From contig CAMDNF010000001.1 of the NCBI GenBank assembly GCA_945902735.1, forward strand, positions 10,594-74,593: a DNA stretch of 64,000 nt, in the 5' to 3' direction. The notes under the pieces were generated by a model. That model was not told where the DNA came from and did not search any database. It saw only the letters and a program-made list of their open reading frames with translations. Origin of the DNA: Rhizobium sp. Q54. Its GTDB lineage: Bacteria; Pseudomonadota; Alphaproteobacteria; UBA828. A program made the position numbers and the translations under genes. Shown piece after piece: positions 49,089 to 59,129 of the stretch. The stretch's first letter is position 1. Each line of letters opens with the position of its first letter.

Positions 49089-51367
49089 ACCGTTTCTTTA
49101 CCTGATAAAAGAGCGCGGTTTTTCAAGGCGCGTCTGAGCGCGTCGGGGCGGGCGATCAACGCACCGATGAGTAGCCAAAAGACGCGCTGATACGCCACAT
49201 CGTGCGTCAGCGAGACGACGACGAAAACCACAATGCATGATAGTGCGGCGACGCTGGATTCGTCGCTCACCCAGCGAGGCTTTCGAAGGGTGTACACAAC
49301 GATTAGGCCTAGAGCCGTGAGGAACGTAATCAGGCCGACCGCGCCAAACTCAGCCATCAGCCAAAGGAATGTGTTGTGAATGACGAGCGGTGCGCCGGTC
49401 TTTGCAGTCCAATTGTGCATGAACGCACCGAGGCCGGCGCCGAAGACGGGGTGATCAAACCACATCTGCAAGCCACCGGTGAGACTGTCCATGCGATTGG
49501 CTTGAATAAAGCCATAGCGTTCGACCGTTCGCAGACCCCAGCCGAATTGCATATCAATGGCTGGACCGCCGGTGCCTGGACCGCCGGCCAGTTCCGCCAC
49601 CGCGTTGCCAAGGAAGAATATGCCGGTAATGACGGCCGCGCCGAAAGCCACATGCAAAAGGAGCTTCCGACATTTCGGGATCGCCGCGAGGAAGATCAAC
49701 ACAGCAAGCGCCGCCACGCCGACGCCACGCGAGCCGGTGAGATAGATCCCCCAAGCGAGTAAGCCAAGAACGACGCCCTGCAATACGGCGCCGCGCCGAC
49801 CATGCCATAGCTGGCGTCCGCTTACCGCAACTGCAAGGACAAGCAGGAGCACCATGGCAAAGGCATTCCGATTGCCGATCAGGCCGCTGAATTGACTGGA
49901 ATACCAGCCCATCGACTTCAAGGCGACTTCGGCGCTAAGAACGTAGGCCCCAACCCATTCGGCGAACACGACCGCCGCACAGGCGATCACGAGCGCTCGA
50001 ATCAGGCTCCGCGTTCCGACGTGGCCAGCGGCGGCGGTGGCCAGCGCACCGGTCAATAAATAGGCGAGTACAATGCCAAACCCGACCATGCGGTTATAGA
50101 GCGCCCAGTCGGTCAAACCGAACCGAATCCAACCGTGGAAAAATCCGGCGACCAGGGTTGCGGCCATGAGGCCGAGCGCAAGATTGAAGTGAGGAATTCG
50201 CCACAAAGTTCTTCCGATCGAGTCACGCAAAACGAACAGAAACATGGTGAGCCCGGCGACGATCACGATCGGATCGGCAAGGTTCGCGGTGACCGAACTT
50301 TTGGTTGTCGGCAATTGAACGTGAACATTGACGAGAATTGCGGCCAGCGCCGGGGCGAGCCAAGCCAAGGCGCGTATGGCGCGGCTGGTTCGCCGTTGAC
50401 TTTCTCCGATGTCCGCATCGATCGCGCGCTGCGGTCGCGCGTTGACGAAGAACGCGATCGCCACATTGAGCACAACGGCGATCAGGCTCAGAAGGCCAAT
50501 GGTGAGGCCCATGGCAACGCCGGCTTCCGAGGGTAGATTGCCGGCCTCGAAGACATAGCCGGCGGTGAGTTCTCGAATGCCCCAGCCGCCAAAGCTGATC
50601 GGGAACGATGCCGCCATCATCACGATGGTCGACGCAGCGACCAGTTTGGCGCTGAATGCAGCGTGGATGAGATCGGCGGCCACGGTGAGATAGGCCAAAA
50701 TCATGCAGGCATGCATGGCAAAGGTAATGCCGAGAACCCGCCACCCGAGCGGTCCGATCGCTACCGAAAAAACCAGCCTGAGCTCGCGCCGCTGCTTGCG
50801 CCCAAGGGCCAATTTGGTCGCCGCCACGAGAATGAGAGCCAGGATGGAGACGAAGACAGCCAGCATCGTGCCGGGTGTTTCGGCGATACTCAGCCCGCCC
50901 AAGGCAAGCAAAGTGCTGATGATCGCCAGCAAAAGAAGCATCGCCAATGAGGAGACGCGTTCGACGGCGGTGATGAGGAAGGCGGTCGACGTCGCGCTAC
51001 GGCTATCGGCCATAAGGGCGGCACGCGTCGCGCCTTGCCCAATAAAATTCATGAACGCCAAGCCACCCAAAAGCGACATGGTGTTGACGTAGAACGACCG
51101 TCTGAGTGACTGCGCGACGCCGAATTCCGATGCCAAATAGTGGAAGCGGAGACTGCTCATTATTTGATTGGCGAGAATGAGCGCGATAGCGATGACAAAT
51201 GTCCAGACCGAGAGGCCGCTAAACAAATTGCCGAGGCGTTGGTGGTCGTTGCTTAGAAAAACCGCGGCCAAAAGGCCGATCGCGACGGCGATCTGAACAG
51301 CGCGGTGCCGGCCAATGCGGACCGACAAAGAGCCGCTTGAGCGAACTTCAAGATTGCTTGCTGTCAC
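49085..51367 (-). CDS. fusion protein: N-terminal flippase-like/LPG-synthase-TM (UPF0104) domain plus C-terminal O-antigen ligase (Wzy_C) domain
   Basis: 760 aa, GTG start. About 8 TM helices in residues 1-330, typical of the MprF/UPF0104 family. Then about 10 TM helices with the O-antigen-ligase loop (YLTGSRGVGVAALA; periplasmic loop with HN/WT residues). Confidence 0.7.
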   Translation of the reverse strand: MTASNLEVRSSGSLSVRIGRHRAVQIAVAIGLLAAVFLSNDHQRLGNLFSGLSVWTFVIAIALILANQIMSSLRFHYLASEFGVAQSLRRSFYVNTMSLLGGLAFMNFIGQGATRAALMADSRSATSTAFLITAVERVSSLAMLLLLAIISTLLALGGLSIAETPGTMLAVFVSILALILVAATKLALGRKQRRELRLVFSVAIGPLGWRVLGITFAMHACMILAYLTVAADLIHAAFSAKLVAASTIVMMAASFPISFGGWGIRELTAGYVFEAGNLPSEAGVAMGLTIGLLSLIAVVLNVAIAFFVNARPQRAIDADIGESQRRTSRAIRALAWLAPALAAILVNVHVQLPTTKSSVTANLADPIVIVAGLTMFLFVLRDSIGRTLWRIPHFNLALGLMAATLVAGFFHGWIRFGLTDWALYNRMVGFGIVLAYLLTGALATAAAGHVGTRSLIRALVIACAAVVFAEWVGAYVLSAEVALKSMGWYSSQFSGLIGNRNAFAMVLLLVLAVAVSGRQLWHGRRGAVLQGVVLGLLAWGIYLTGSRGVGVAALAVLIFLAAIPKCRKLLLHVAFGAAVITGIFFLGNAVAELAGGPGTGGPAIDMQFGWGLRTVERYGFIQANRMDSLTGGLQMWFDHPVFGAGLGAFMHNWTAKTGAPLVIHNTFLWLMAEFGAVGLITFLTALGLIVVYTLRKPRWVSDESSVAALSCIVVFVVVSLTHDVAYQRVFWLLIGALIARPDALRRALKNRALLSGKETV

Positions 51368-51382
51368 GCGGAATGGACCACC

Positions 51383-51422
51383 AAATTCTTTGTCCGCCTT
51401 TTAAATTCTTTGTCCGCCTTTT
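51383..51422. repeat. perfect 2 x 20-nt tandem duplication in a divergent promoter region
   Basis: aaattctttgtccgcctttt repeated twice head-to-tail, 16 nt upstream of the minus-strand ligase-fusion start and about 210 nt upstream of pgi. Confidence 0.8.
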
Positions 51423-51634
51423 AGAAGTGCCGCTGGCCGGCCTCTCGCCGGAACAATCGAGGTTCCGCCGCACCGGCGTGGGGAACGCCCGATTCGCAGC
51501 GGGCACTCTATCGTGGCCGTCGAATGAAGCCCAAGGCGGATTGCGGGTCAAGCCTCGTCCGCCTGCCTTGCGGTCCGGTAGTCTCGCGCGGTCTTGCGCT
51601 GGCCGTGACGATCGAACATCGGCCATGCTAGCGT

Positions 51635-52936
51635 TTGTCGCCCATGTCATTTCAGCTCAATTTCACCAAGAACTGGATTATCCGCGCCGAAGGCGGTGCG
51701 TCGGCATTCCAGCGCGCGCTCGGCGAGGGCCAGCGGGCGCTGGCCGATTTGTGTGGCACCGAGTTGGGCGAGCCTCGTGTTCGGGCGATTCTCGGCCTTC
51801 CCGGACGCACGGACGATCTGGATGGGCTTGATCGCCTCGCCGCTTCGCTCCGAGCACGATTCAAACGTCTTTTTGTGCTCGGCACCGGCGGCTCGAGCCT
51901 TGGTGGTCAGGCGATCATGGGGGCCTTGGCGCCATTGGGCGCGCGCGACGGCCGAAGCCTGGTTTTTCTCGACAATGTCGATCCTGCGTCGTTTGCCGCT
52001 GCGTTCGAGGGCGTCGATTTGCGCGAGGCTGCGTTCTTGTCGATCAGCAAATCGGGTTCGACTGACGAGACCGTGGCGCAGACGCTGATAGCGTTTGATC
52101 GCGTATCGAGCGTGGTAGGTTCTGAGCGAGCCGGCGAACACTTCACCTTTATCGTCGAACCCGGCGATAGCCCGCTCCGGCGGTTCGCTGCCCGCTTGAA
52201 GGCGGTCACGCTCGACCACGATGCCAATTTGGGCGGTCGCTTCTCGGTGCTTTCATCGGTCGGGCTGTTGCCGGCGCTTTACCTTGGCGTCGATGCGCGC
52301 GCTTTGCGGGCTGGTGCGGCCGCCATGCTGCGCGACGCGCAAGGCTCGAGCGAAAAGCAGCCGGCGAGTGTCGTCAAATCCGCCGTGCTCTCGGCCACGC
52401 TCATGAAGGAAGGGTGTGCCGGCGCGGTGCTCATGAGCTATGGCGATGCGCTACAGCCTTTGGCGCGCTGGTGGCAACAATTGGCTGCCGAGTCGCTTGG
52501 CAAGGATGGTCGCGGGCTCACGCCTCAATTGGCGCGTGGGGCAACCGATCAGCACAGCCTGTTGCAGCTCTATCTGGCGGGCCCGGCTGACAAATTCTTC
52601 ACGATCCTTGGGCCTATGCCGGGGGCCGGGGGCACTGTCATTCAGCCCTCGCTCGCGACGGCGATCGGAATCCCCTACCTTGGCGGGCGTACGCTTGAGG
52701 CGCTGTTCGTGGCGGAAGCGGATGCGACCGCGGCGGCGCTCGAAGAGGCCGGCCGCTCGGTGCGCCGCATCGCGTTGTCGGCGCTTGATGCCGCGACGCT
52801 GGGTGGGTTGTTCATGCATTTCATGGTGGAAACGATTTTGATCGCGACGCTCATTGGCGTCGATCCGTTCGGTCAGCCGGCGGTTGAGTGCGCCAAGATG
52901 CGCACGCGGCAAATCCTCGAAGGACGAACGCCATGA
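51635..52936 (+). CDS. pgi: glucose-6-phosphate isomerase (short bacterial/archaeal type)
   Basis: 433 aa; [32 protein letters not shown] motifs. Confidence 0.8.
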   Translation: MSPMSFQLNFTKNWIIRAEGGASAFQRALGEGQRALADLCGTELGEPRVRAILGLPGRTDDLDGLDRLAASLRARFKRLFVLGTGGSSLGGQAIMGALAPLGARDGRSLVFLDNVDPASFAAAFEGVDLREAAFLSISKSGSTDETVAQTLIAFDRVSSVVGSERAGEHFTFIVEPGDSPLRRFAARLKAVTLDHDANLGGRFSVLSSVGLLPALYLGVDARALRAGAAAMLRDAQGSSEKQPASVVKSAVLSATLMKEGCAGAVLMSYGDALQPLARWWQQLAAESLGKDGRGLTPQLARGATDQHSLLQLYLAGPADKFFTILGPMPGAGGTVIQPSLATAIGIPYLGGRTLEALFVAEADATAAALEEAGRSVRRIALSALDAATLGGLFMHFMVETILIATLIGVDPFGQPAVECAKMRTRQILEGRTP

Positions 52937-54741
52937 CCATTCGCTTGCTGCCTGAGGGCGTGGTCAACCGCATCGCCGCGGGTGAGGTGATCGAACGGCC
53001 CGCTTCGGTGGTCAAGGAATTAGTCGAGAACGCGCTTGATGCCGGGGCGACGCGCATTGAGATCACGGTCGAGGATGGCGGCCGGGCGCTCGTGCGTGTG
53101 TCGGATGATGGCGAAGGAATCAGCGCGGAAGAACTGCCGCTTGCGCTCGCGCGTCACGCCACCTCGAAGCTCGCTGATGATGACGACCTTCTGGCGATCC
53201 ACTCGCTCGGTTTTCGCGGTGAGGCGCTGCCGTCGATTGCGGCGGTCAGCCGGCTCGCGATCGTCAGTCGGCGCAAGGGCGCCGATACGGCCTTTGAGAT
53301 CGCGGTCGAGGCGGGCGCCATGGGTTCGGTGCGGCCCGCCGCGCGAGCACGCGGCACCGAATTGATCGTGCGCGATCTTTTTTTCGCGACGCCAGCGCGG
53401 CTCAAATTCCTCAAGAGCGCGCGGTCTGAAATGCTGGCGATCGGCGAGATGGTCGATCGGTTGGCCATGGCGAATCCGCGTGTTGCCTTCGTGCTCACAT
53501 CGGATGGTCGTCTGGCGCGGCGCTTCGAGCCTGATCTCGAGCCCGGCGGCCTCGCGCGCTTGGCGGCGATCATGGGTCGTCCCTTCGCCGATAACGCGCT
53601 CGCGATCGATGCTGAGCGCGAGGGCATTCGCCTCAGCGGCTTCGTCGGCGTGCCAACCGAGCATCGCGCGAGCGCGCAACATCAATATTTGTTCGTCAAT
53701 CGCCGGCCGGTGCGCGACCGCTTGGTTCACGGTGCTGTCCGCGCGGCCTATCAGGATTTGGTCGCGGGCGGACGCCACCCGATGCTCGCGCTGTTTCTCG
53801 AGCTCGATCCGCACGAGGTCGACGTCAATGTGCATCCGACCAAGGCGGAAGTGCGCTTTCGCGATGCCGGGTTGGTGCGTGGGCTGATCATTGGCGCGTT
53901 GAAGGTAGCGCTTGCGGGTGCCGGCCATCGGGCCTCATCGAGTGTCAGCAATGCCGCGCTCGGGGCGTTTCGCCCCGGTGGGGATCATGGATCTGGCGGT
54001 TCACGCCAATTGCCGCTCGCGCCGCATGGTGGCGGTGGTTTTTCCTATGACCGGCCCGCGCCGTTGCCGCCGCGTGGGCTGGCCGAGAGCGCCGCGAATT
54101 TTCAAGCGCCCTACGTTGCCGCGCGGGACGACGCGGCCGAAGCGGACGAGAATTCCGATGCCGCACCGCTTGGCCATGCGCGCGCGCAGGTGCATGGCAC
54201 CTATATCGTGGCGCAAACGACGGATGGGCTGATCATCGTCGATCAACACGCGGCGCATGAGCGCATCGTGTTCGAGCGCATGAAAGCCGCGCTCGGCGAT
54301 GGCAGCGTGAAGCGGCAGATGTTGTTGGTGCCGGAGATCGTTGAACTTGACGAGGCGGCGATTGAGCGGCTGATGGAGCGGGCCGGCGAACTGGCCGAGC
54401 TTGGCCTGGTGATTGAACGGTTCGGGTCGGGCGCCATGATCGTGCGCGAAGTGCCGGCGTTGCTCGGCCAGGCGGATGTAAAAAGCCTGGTGCGCGATTT
54501 GGCCGATGAATTGGCCGAGCTTGGTCATGCGGTCGCGCTGAAGGAAAAGCTCGGTGAAATTTGCGCGACGCTCGCTTGTCATTCGAGCATCCGCGCTGGC
54601 CGTCGGCTGAGCGCGGCTGAGATGGACGCATTGTTGCGGCAGATGGAATCAACGCCGCATGCCGGCCAGTGCAATCACGGCCGGCCGACTTATGTCGAGC
54701 TCAAGCTTGCCGACATCGAGCGCCTGTTTGGGCGACGGTGA
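52934..54741 (+). CDS. mutL: DNA mismatch repair protein MutL
   Basis: Start at ATG 52934 ([38 protein letters not shown]); GHKL ATPase motifs; C-terminal dimerisation domain. Confidence 0.9.
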
Positions 54742-54790
54742 GAAGAGGTTTCACCACAAAGACACGAAGGCACAAAGTCGATTCTTCTTC

Positions 54791-54830
54791 GTGCCTTGGT
54801 GCCTTGGTGCCTTGGTGCCTTGGTGCCTTT
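54791..54830. repeat. tandem octamer array (GTGCCTTG x4 plus one degenerate unit) embedded in an inverted repeat; probable bidirectional terminator
   Basis: gtgccttggtgccttggtgccttggtgccttggtgccttt. Flanking ccacaaag (54754-61) / ctttgtgg (54827-34) and cacgaag/cttcgtg inverted repeats. Lies between convergent mutL and rsmD. Confidence 0.8.
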
Positions 54831-54835
54831 GTGGT

Positions 54836-55402
54836 TCAACTCCCTTTGTGGAAGCGCAGAAAGACGATATGCGCGGCGCCATAGCGGCGTTCGTCGAGCA
54901 CCACAAAACCAGCGGGCGGCGTGAAGTCATCTTGGCGGCCGAGTTCGAGCACGCAGAGCGCGCCGTCCTTCAACCAGCCGCGTGTTCCAAGCGTTTGAAG
55001 CGCGGGCGCGGCCAAATCCTCGCCATAGGGCGGATCGAGAAAGGCAAAATCGGCCGGCGTGGTGGCGTGCGCGAGGTTCACCGCTTCGCTCCGCAGCACG
55101 CGCGCTTCTGACGGGCCGAGGCCGCAGGCCTTGAGATTGGCCTCGAGGGCGGCCAGCGCCGCGCGATTGTGCTCGATAAAGGTGCCATGCGCCGCGCCGC
55201 GCGAGAGTGCCTCGATGCCGAGTGCGCCGGTGCCGGCGAAAACATCGATCACCCTTGCGCCCTCCAGCGCGTGGTCGGTCAACGTGCCGTGTTCGATGAT
55301 GTTGAAGATCGCCTGACGCGCTTTATCGGCGGTGGGGCGAATGTCGCGCCCTTCTGGGGCGCCAAGCTTGCGGCCCTTAAGCCGCCCGGCGACGACGCGC
55401 AT
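54836..55402 (-). CDS. rsmD: 16S rRNA (guanine966-N2)-methyltransferase
   Basis: 188 aa; MRVVAGRLKGRKL...PTADKARQAIFN...DVFAGTGALGIEALSRGA...FLDPPY. Confidence 0.85.
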   Translation of the reverse strand: MRVVAGRLKGRKLGAPEGRDIRPTADKARQAIFNIIEHGTLTDHALEGARVIDVFAGTGALGIEALSRGAAHGTFIEHNRAALAALEANLKACGLGPSEARVLRSEAVNLAHATTPADFAFLDPPYGEDLAAPALQTLGTRGWLKDGALCVLELGRQDDFTPPAGFVVLDERRYGAAHIVFLRFHKGS

Positions 55403-56228
55403 CGGAACCGCCGGTCTTGGGCGGCATTTTTTTGCCGAGCTGCTCGCGCATCACCTTGGGCTGCACGCGCTCGAGCTCGCCGCGTTTGAGCTTGCCGAGT
55501 TGGAACGGCCCATAGGCGGTGCGGATCAAGCGGGTCACCTTGAGGCCCAAATGCTCGCACACGCGGCGCACTTCGCGGTTCTTGCCCTCGGCGAGCGCCA
55601 CCGTGAGCCAGACATTGTCGCGCTTGGCGGAATCGATGCTGGCTTCGATCGGGCCATAGCGCACGCCCTCGATCGTGATGCCGTCTTTCAGGGCAGCGAG
55701 CGCGGCGGGGTCGGGCTTGCCATAGACGCGCACGCGATAGCGCCTGATCCAGCCCGTCGAGGGCAGCTCAAGCGCGCGGGCGAGCGCGCCATCATTGGTC
55801 AGCAGCAACAGGCCTTCGGAGGCGTAATCGAGCCGCCCGATCGAAATGACGCGGCCGATGTCGCGCGGCAAAGCCTCGAACACGGTGCGGCGCCCTTCGG
55901 GATCGCGGTGCGTGGTGATCAGGCCGTCGGGTTTGTGATAGCGCCAGAGCGCGCTTGGCCGCGCGCCCTCGACCACCCGACCGTCGACGGTGAGGATTTG
56001 TTCGCGCGTCACCTTGGTTCCCGGCGCGGTGACGACCACGCCATCGAGCTTGACGCGACCATCGGCGATCAGGCGCTCGGCATCGCGGCGCGAGGCAACG
56101 CCCGCGCGCGCCAATACTTTTGCGATGCGCTCGGGCGCGAGCGACGGCGCGATGCGCTCAGTGGCGAGTGGTGTCGCGCTCGGCTCAGGTGTGAGCCCTT
56201 TGGTGACGCGCGGGGGCGCGTCGGTCAC
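55377..56228 (-). CDS. rluB: 23S rRNA pseudouridine synthase (RluB/RsuA family, S4 domain)
   Basis: S4 domain ERIAKVLARAGVASRRDAERLI; catalytic RLDYASEGLLLLTNDG. Start assigned to GTG at 56226-56228 overlapping the upstream stop (GTGA); the track ORF extends to 56300. Confidence 0.8.
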   Translation of the reverse strand: MTDAPPRVTKGLTPEPSATPLATERIAPSLAPERIAKVLARAGVASRRDAERLIADGRVKLDGVVVTAPGTKVTREQILTVDGRVVEGARPSALWRYHKPDGLITTHRDPEGRRTVFEALPRDIGRVISIGRLDYASEGLLLLTNDGALARALELPSTGWIRRYRVRVYGKPDPAALAALKDGITIEGVRYGPIEASIDSAKRDNVWLTVALAEGKNREVRRVCEHLGLKVTRLIRTAYGPFQLGKLKRGELERVQPKVMREQLGKKMPPKTGGSDARRRRAA

Positions 56229-56950
56229 CGGCGGCACGCGGCGATCAGGGCGGTGAAAAGTTTGGCATCGCCCGGATCGATCGAGAATTCGGGGTGCCAT
56301 TGCACGCCGATGAAATAGCGCCGCGTCGGATCCTCGATGCCCTCGATCACGCCATCGGGCGCGACCGCGTTGGTGACGAGCCCGGGCGCCACGAGCTTGA
56401 CCGCCTGATGGTGCGCGCTGTTCACGTTCATGGTCAGCCCCGCCACGATCTGCGCGAGCTGCGAGCCGTTTGTGACCGCGACCGCGTGGCCCGGCTCATC
56501 GCGCGGGTTCGGCTGCTCGTGCGCGAGCGGGTTCTGGATTTCATCCGGGATGTGTTGGATCAACGTGCCGCCAAGCGCCACGTTCATCAATTGCTGGCCG
56601 CCGCATATGCCAAGGCTCGGCATGTCGGCGCGGTGCGCCTCGCGGCAGATCGCGAGCTCGAAGGCGGTGCGGCGGTCCTTGGTGGTGACGGTCGGGTGGC
56701 GTGATTCGCCGAACAAAGAGGGGTCGACGTCGAAGGCGCCGCCGGTCACCACCAGGCCGTCGACGAGGGCCAGATAATGCTGGGCCAGTTCCGGCTCATG
56801 CGGCAGCGCGATCGGCAGGCCGCCGGCCGCCGCGACCGCACTGAAATAATTCTGGCGCAGCGCATACCAGGGAAATTTGGAATAGCCCCCGGGCGCCTCG
56901 GAATCGAGGCTGAGGCCGATCACGGGCCGGTCGGGGCGTCGCTTGGTCAT
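56225..56950 (-). CDS. class I glutamine amidotransferase (peptidase C26, PuuD-like gamma-glutamyl hydrolase)
   Basis: Start at MTKRRPDRPVIG; catalytic GICGGQQLMN (Cys) and QWHPEF (His). The track ORF extends to 57010 through a tandem duplication. Confidence 0.75.
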   Translation of the reverse strand: MTKRRPDRPVIGLSLDSEAPGGYSKFPWYALRQNYFSAVAAAGGLPIALPHEPELAQHYLALVDGLVVTGGAFDVDPSLFGESRHPTVTTKDRRTAFELAICREAHRADMPSLGICGGQQLMNVALGGTLIQHIPDEIQNPLAHEQPNPRDEPGHAVAVTNGSQLAQIVAGLTMNVNSAHHQAVKLVAPGLVTNAVAPDGVIEGIEDPTRRYFIGVQWHPEFSIDPGDAKLFTALIAACRR

Positions 56951-56963
56951 GGCGGGGAACATA

Positions 56964-57011
56964 GGGGGCGCGCCGCCCCGGCGCAACGGGGGCGCGCCGC
57001 CCCGGCGCAAC
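56964..57011. repeat. perfect 2 x 24-nt tandem duplication (GC-rich) at the 5' end/leader of the amidotransferase gene
   Basis: gggggcgcgccgccccggcgcaac x2; on the coding strand it would translate as RRGGAPPL RRGGAPP if the TTG at 57010 were used. Confidence 0.8.
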
Positions 57012-57054
57012 CGCGCGGCTTGACGGATTAGGCCCTATTGCAGAGTGTCGCGCC

Positions 57055-57513
57055 ATGAGCCCGAGCCCTTTGACGCCCATGGAACTGGCCTTGGCCGAGG
57101 CCGAGGCGGCCGCCGCGCGCGGCGAGGTGCCGGTTGGCGCGGTCGTGGTCGATGGCGCGAGCGGCGCGGTGCTGGCCGCCGCCTTCAACCGCACCGAGGC
57201 CGATCACGACCCGAGCGCGCATGCCGAAATCCTCGCGCTCCGCGCGGCGGCGAAGCGGCTCGGCTCGCCGCGTCTCACGAATTGCGATCTCTATGTCACG
57301 CTCGAGCCCTGCGCCATGTGCGCGCAAGCGATTTCGTTCGCGCGTATCCGCCGGCTTTATTATGGCGCGCGCGATGCCAAGGGCGGCGGCGTCGAGCATG
57401 GCGCGCGGGTGTTTACGCACGCCACCTGCCACCACCGACCCGAAATCTATGGCGGGATCGAGGAACACAGAGCGGGAGAGATGTTGAAGAAGTTTTTTCA
57501 GGAGCGGCGGTGA
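57055..57513 (+). CDS. tadA: tRNA-specific adenosine deaminase
   Basis: 152 aa; HAEILALR and TLEPCAMCAQAI, the CDA-fold zinc motifs HAE / PCxxC. Confidence 0.9.
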   Translation: MSPSPLTPMELALAEAEAAAARGEVPVGAVVVDGASGAVLAAAFNRTEADHDPSAHAEILALRAAAKRLGSPRLTNCDLYVTLEPCAMCAQAISFARIRRLYYGARDAKGGGVEHGARVFTHATCHHRPEIYGGIEEHRAGEMLKKFFQERR

Positions 57514-57583
57514 TCTCCCCATCGAGGAGGTAATAGATTCTGAAACCAGAGGATTCCCAAGCCAGAAATTGTGTCTCAGCGTG

Positions 57584-57765
57584 TTTCCCTCTCCCGCTTG
57601 CGGAAGAGGCTAGGGTGAGGGTGTTTCGCGCGTTGAAGAGGCATCGTACCCAAACGCTGAAAGCAGGGATGCAACTTCTGTGACCTGCCATCTTTCTTGG
57701 GTGGCTGGCCCTCACCCGGAAACGCAAGCGTTTCCGCCCTCTCCCGCAAGCGGGAGAGGGGGCCG
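57584..57765. repeat. REP-like nested-palindrome intergenic elements (family R2), copy 2 (two units)
   Basis: ggccctcACCCGGaAACGCAAGCGTTtCCGCCCTCtCCCGCAAGCGGGAGAGGGGgcc and the related upstream unit ccctctcccgcttgcggaagagg...gggtgagggtg. Homologous to 32089-32143. Confidence 0.6.
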
Positions 57766-57814
57766 ACTTAAGAAGCCGATCGACTAGACGGTCTTTTGGT
57801 CTTACTTCGGCAGC

Positions 57815-59086
57815 TCAGCCCTTCACCGCCCGCCACCCAATATCCGTCCGGCAAAATCCCTCCGGCCAATCAATCCGCGCCACCGCCGCATAAGCCGCAT
57901 CTTGCGCGGCTTTGACGGTGGCGCCGCGCCCGACCACGTTGAGCACGCGGCCGCCATCGGCGATCAGCGCGCCATCATCGCGTCGTTTGGTGCCGGCGTG
58001 GAAGATGGTGACGTTGGGAATTTGCGCGGCGGCCTCTAGGCCCCTGATCACCGTGCCCTTCTGATAGGCGCCGGGATAGCCGTTGCTCGCCATGACGACG
58101 CAGAGTGCCGCGTCGTCATACCAGCGGAGACTGACGGTCTTGAGCGCGCCGTCGCGCGACGCGATCAGCGCGGGTAAAAGGTCGGACATCAGGCGCGGGA
58201 TTAGCACCTGAGTCTCCGGGTCGCCGAAGCGGCAATTGATTTCCAAGAGCTTCGGCCCGTCCTTCGTCACCATGATGCCGGCGAACAGCACGCCCTTATA
58301 AAGCGCGCCGGCCTCCGCCATGCCCTCGATCAAAGGCTGGGCGATGCGCGTGCGGATCTCGTTCTTGAGCGCGAGCGTGGCCAGCGGGGTTGGCGAATAG
58401 GCGCCCATGCCGCCGGTGTTCGGGCCCTGATCGCCATCGAAGACGCGCTTATGATCCTGCGCCGCGTCGAGCTCCAAAAGGTTGGTGCCATCGACCAGCG
58501 CGAAATAGCTGAGCTCCTCGCCGTCCAAGAATTCCTCGATCACGATTTCGCGTCCCGCCGCGCCCAAAGCACCTTCCAACATGTCGGCGGCGGCGGCCTT
58601 CGCAGCCTCGCGCGTCGCGGCGATGATGACGCCCTTGCCGGCGGCGAGCCCATCGGCCTTGACCACGGTCGGCGCCGTCTGCCGGTCAATAAAGCGCGCG
58701 GCGGCATCAAGCGCGGTGAAGCGGCCAAAGGCCGCGGTCGGGATGTTGTGGCGCGCGCAGAGCTCTTTCATAAACGCCTTGGAGCCTTCGAGTCGCGCGG
58801 CCTTTTGGTTCGGCCCGAAGGCCATGATGCCGTTCGCTTCCAAATGGTCGACGATGCCGGCGCAGAGCGGCGCCTCGGGCCCGACCACCACGAATCCAAT
58901 GTGCTCGTCCTTGCAGAACCCGGTAATTCCGGCGAAGTCCATCACATCGATCGGCAGGCAGGTGGCTTCGGCCGCGATGCCGGCATTGCCCGGCGCGGCA
59001 TAGAGCTTGTCGACCAGTGGCGAGGCGGCGAGCGACCAGGCGAGGGCATGTTCCCGCCCGCCCGCGCCGAGCACGAGGACTTTCAT
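57815..59086 (-). CDS. purD: phosphoribosylamine--glycine ligase
   Basis: Start at MKVLVLGAGGREHALAW (the track ORF extends to 59314 with a TTG start); ATP-grasp motifs; collinear with PurD throughout. Confidence 0.9.
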   Translation of the reverse strand: MKVLVLGAGGREHALAWSLAASPLVDKLYAAPGNAGIAAEATCLPIDVMDFAGITGFCKDEHIGFVVVGPEAPLCAGIVDHLEANGIMAFGPNQKAARLEGSKAFMKELCARHNIPTAAFGRFTALDAAARFIDRQTAPTVVKADGLAAGKGVIIAATREAAKAAAADMLEGALGAAGREIVIEEFLDGEELSYFALVDGTNLLELDAAQDHKRVFDGDQGPNTGGMGAYSPTPLATLALKNEIRTRIAQPLIEGMAEAGALYKGVLFAGIMVTKDGPKLLEINCRFGDPETQVLIPRLMSDLLPALIASRDGALKTVSLRWYDDAALCVVMASNGYPGAYQKGTVIRGLEAAAQIPNVTIFHAGTKRRDDGALIADGGRVLNVVGRGATVKAAQDAAYAAVARIDWPEGFCRTDIGWRAVKG

Positions 59087-59129
59087 AACGCGACCAATTC
59101 CCCCTGGCTTCGAAGTGTCGGCGGGCTCG

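Noticed and set aside
54791-57011. Possibility that the tandem repeats (octamers, 20-mer x2, 24-mer x2) represent CRISPR arrays
   Set aside because: Units are directly adjacent with no spacers, are too short or too few, and no cas genes are nearby.
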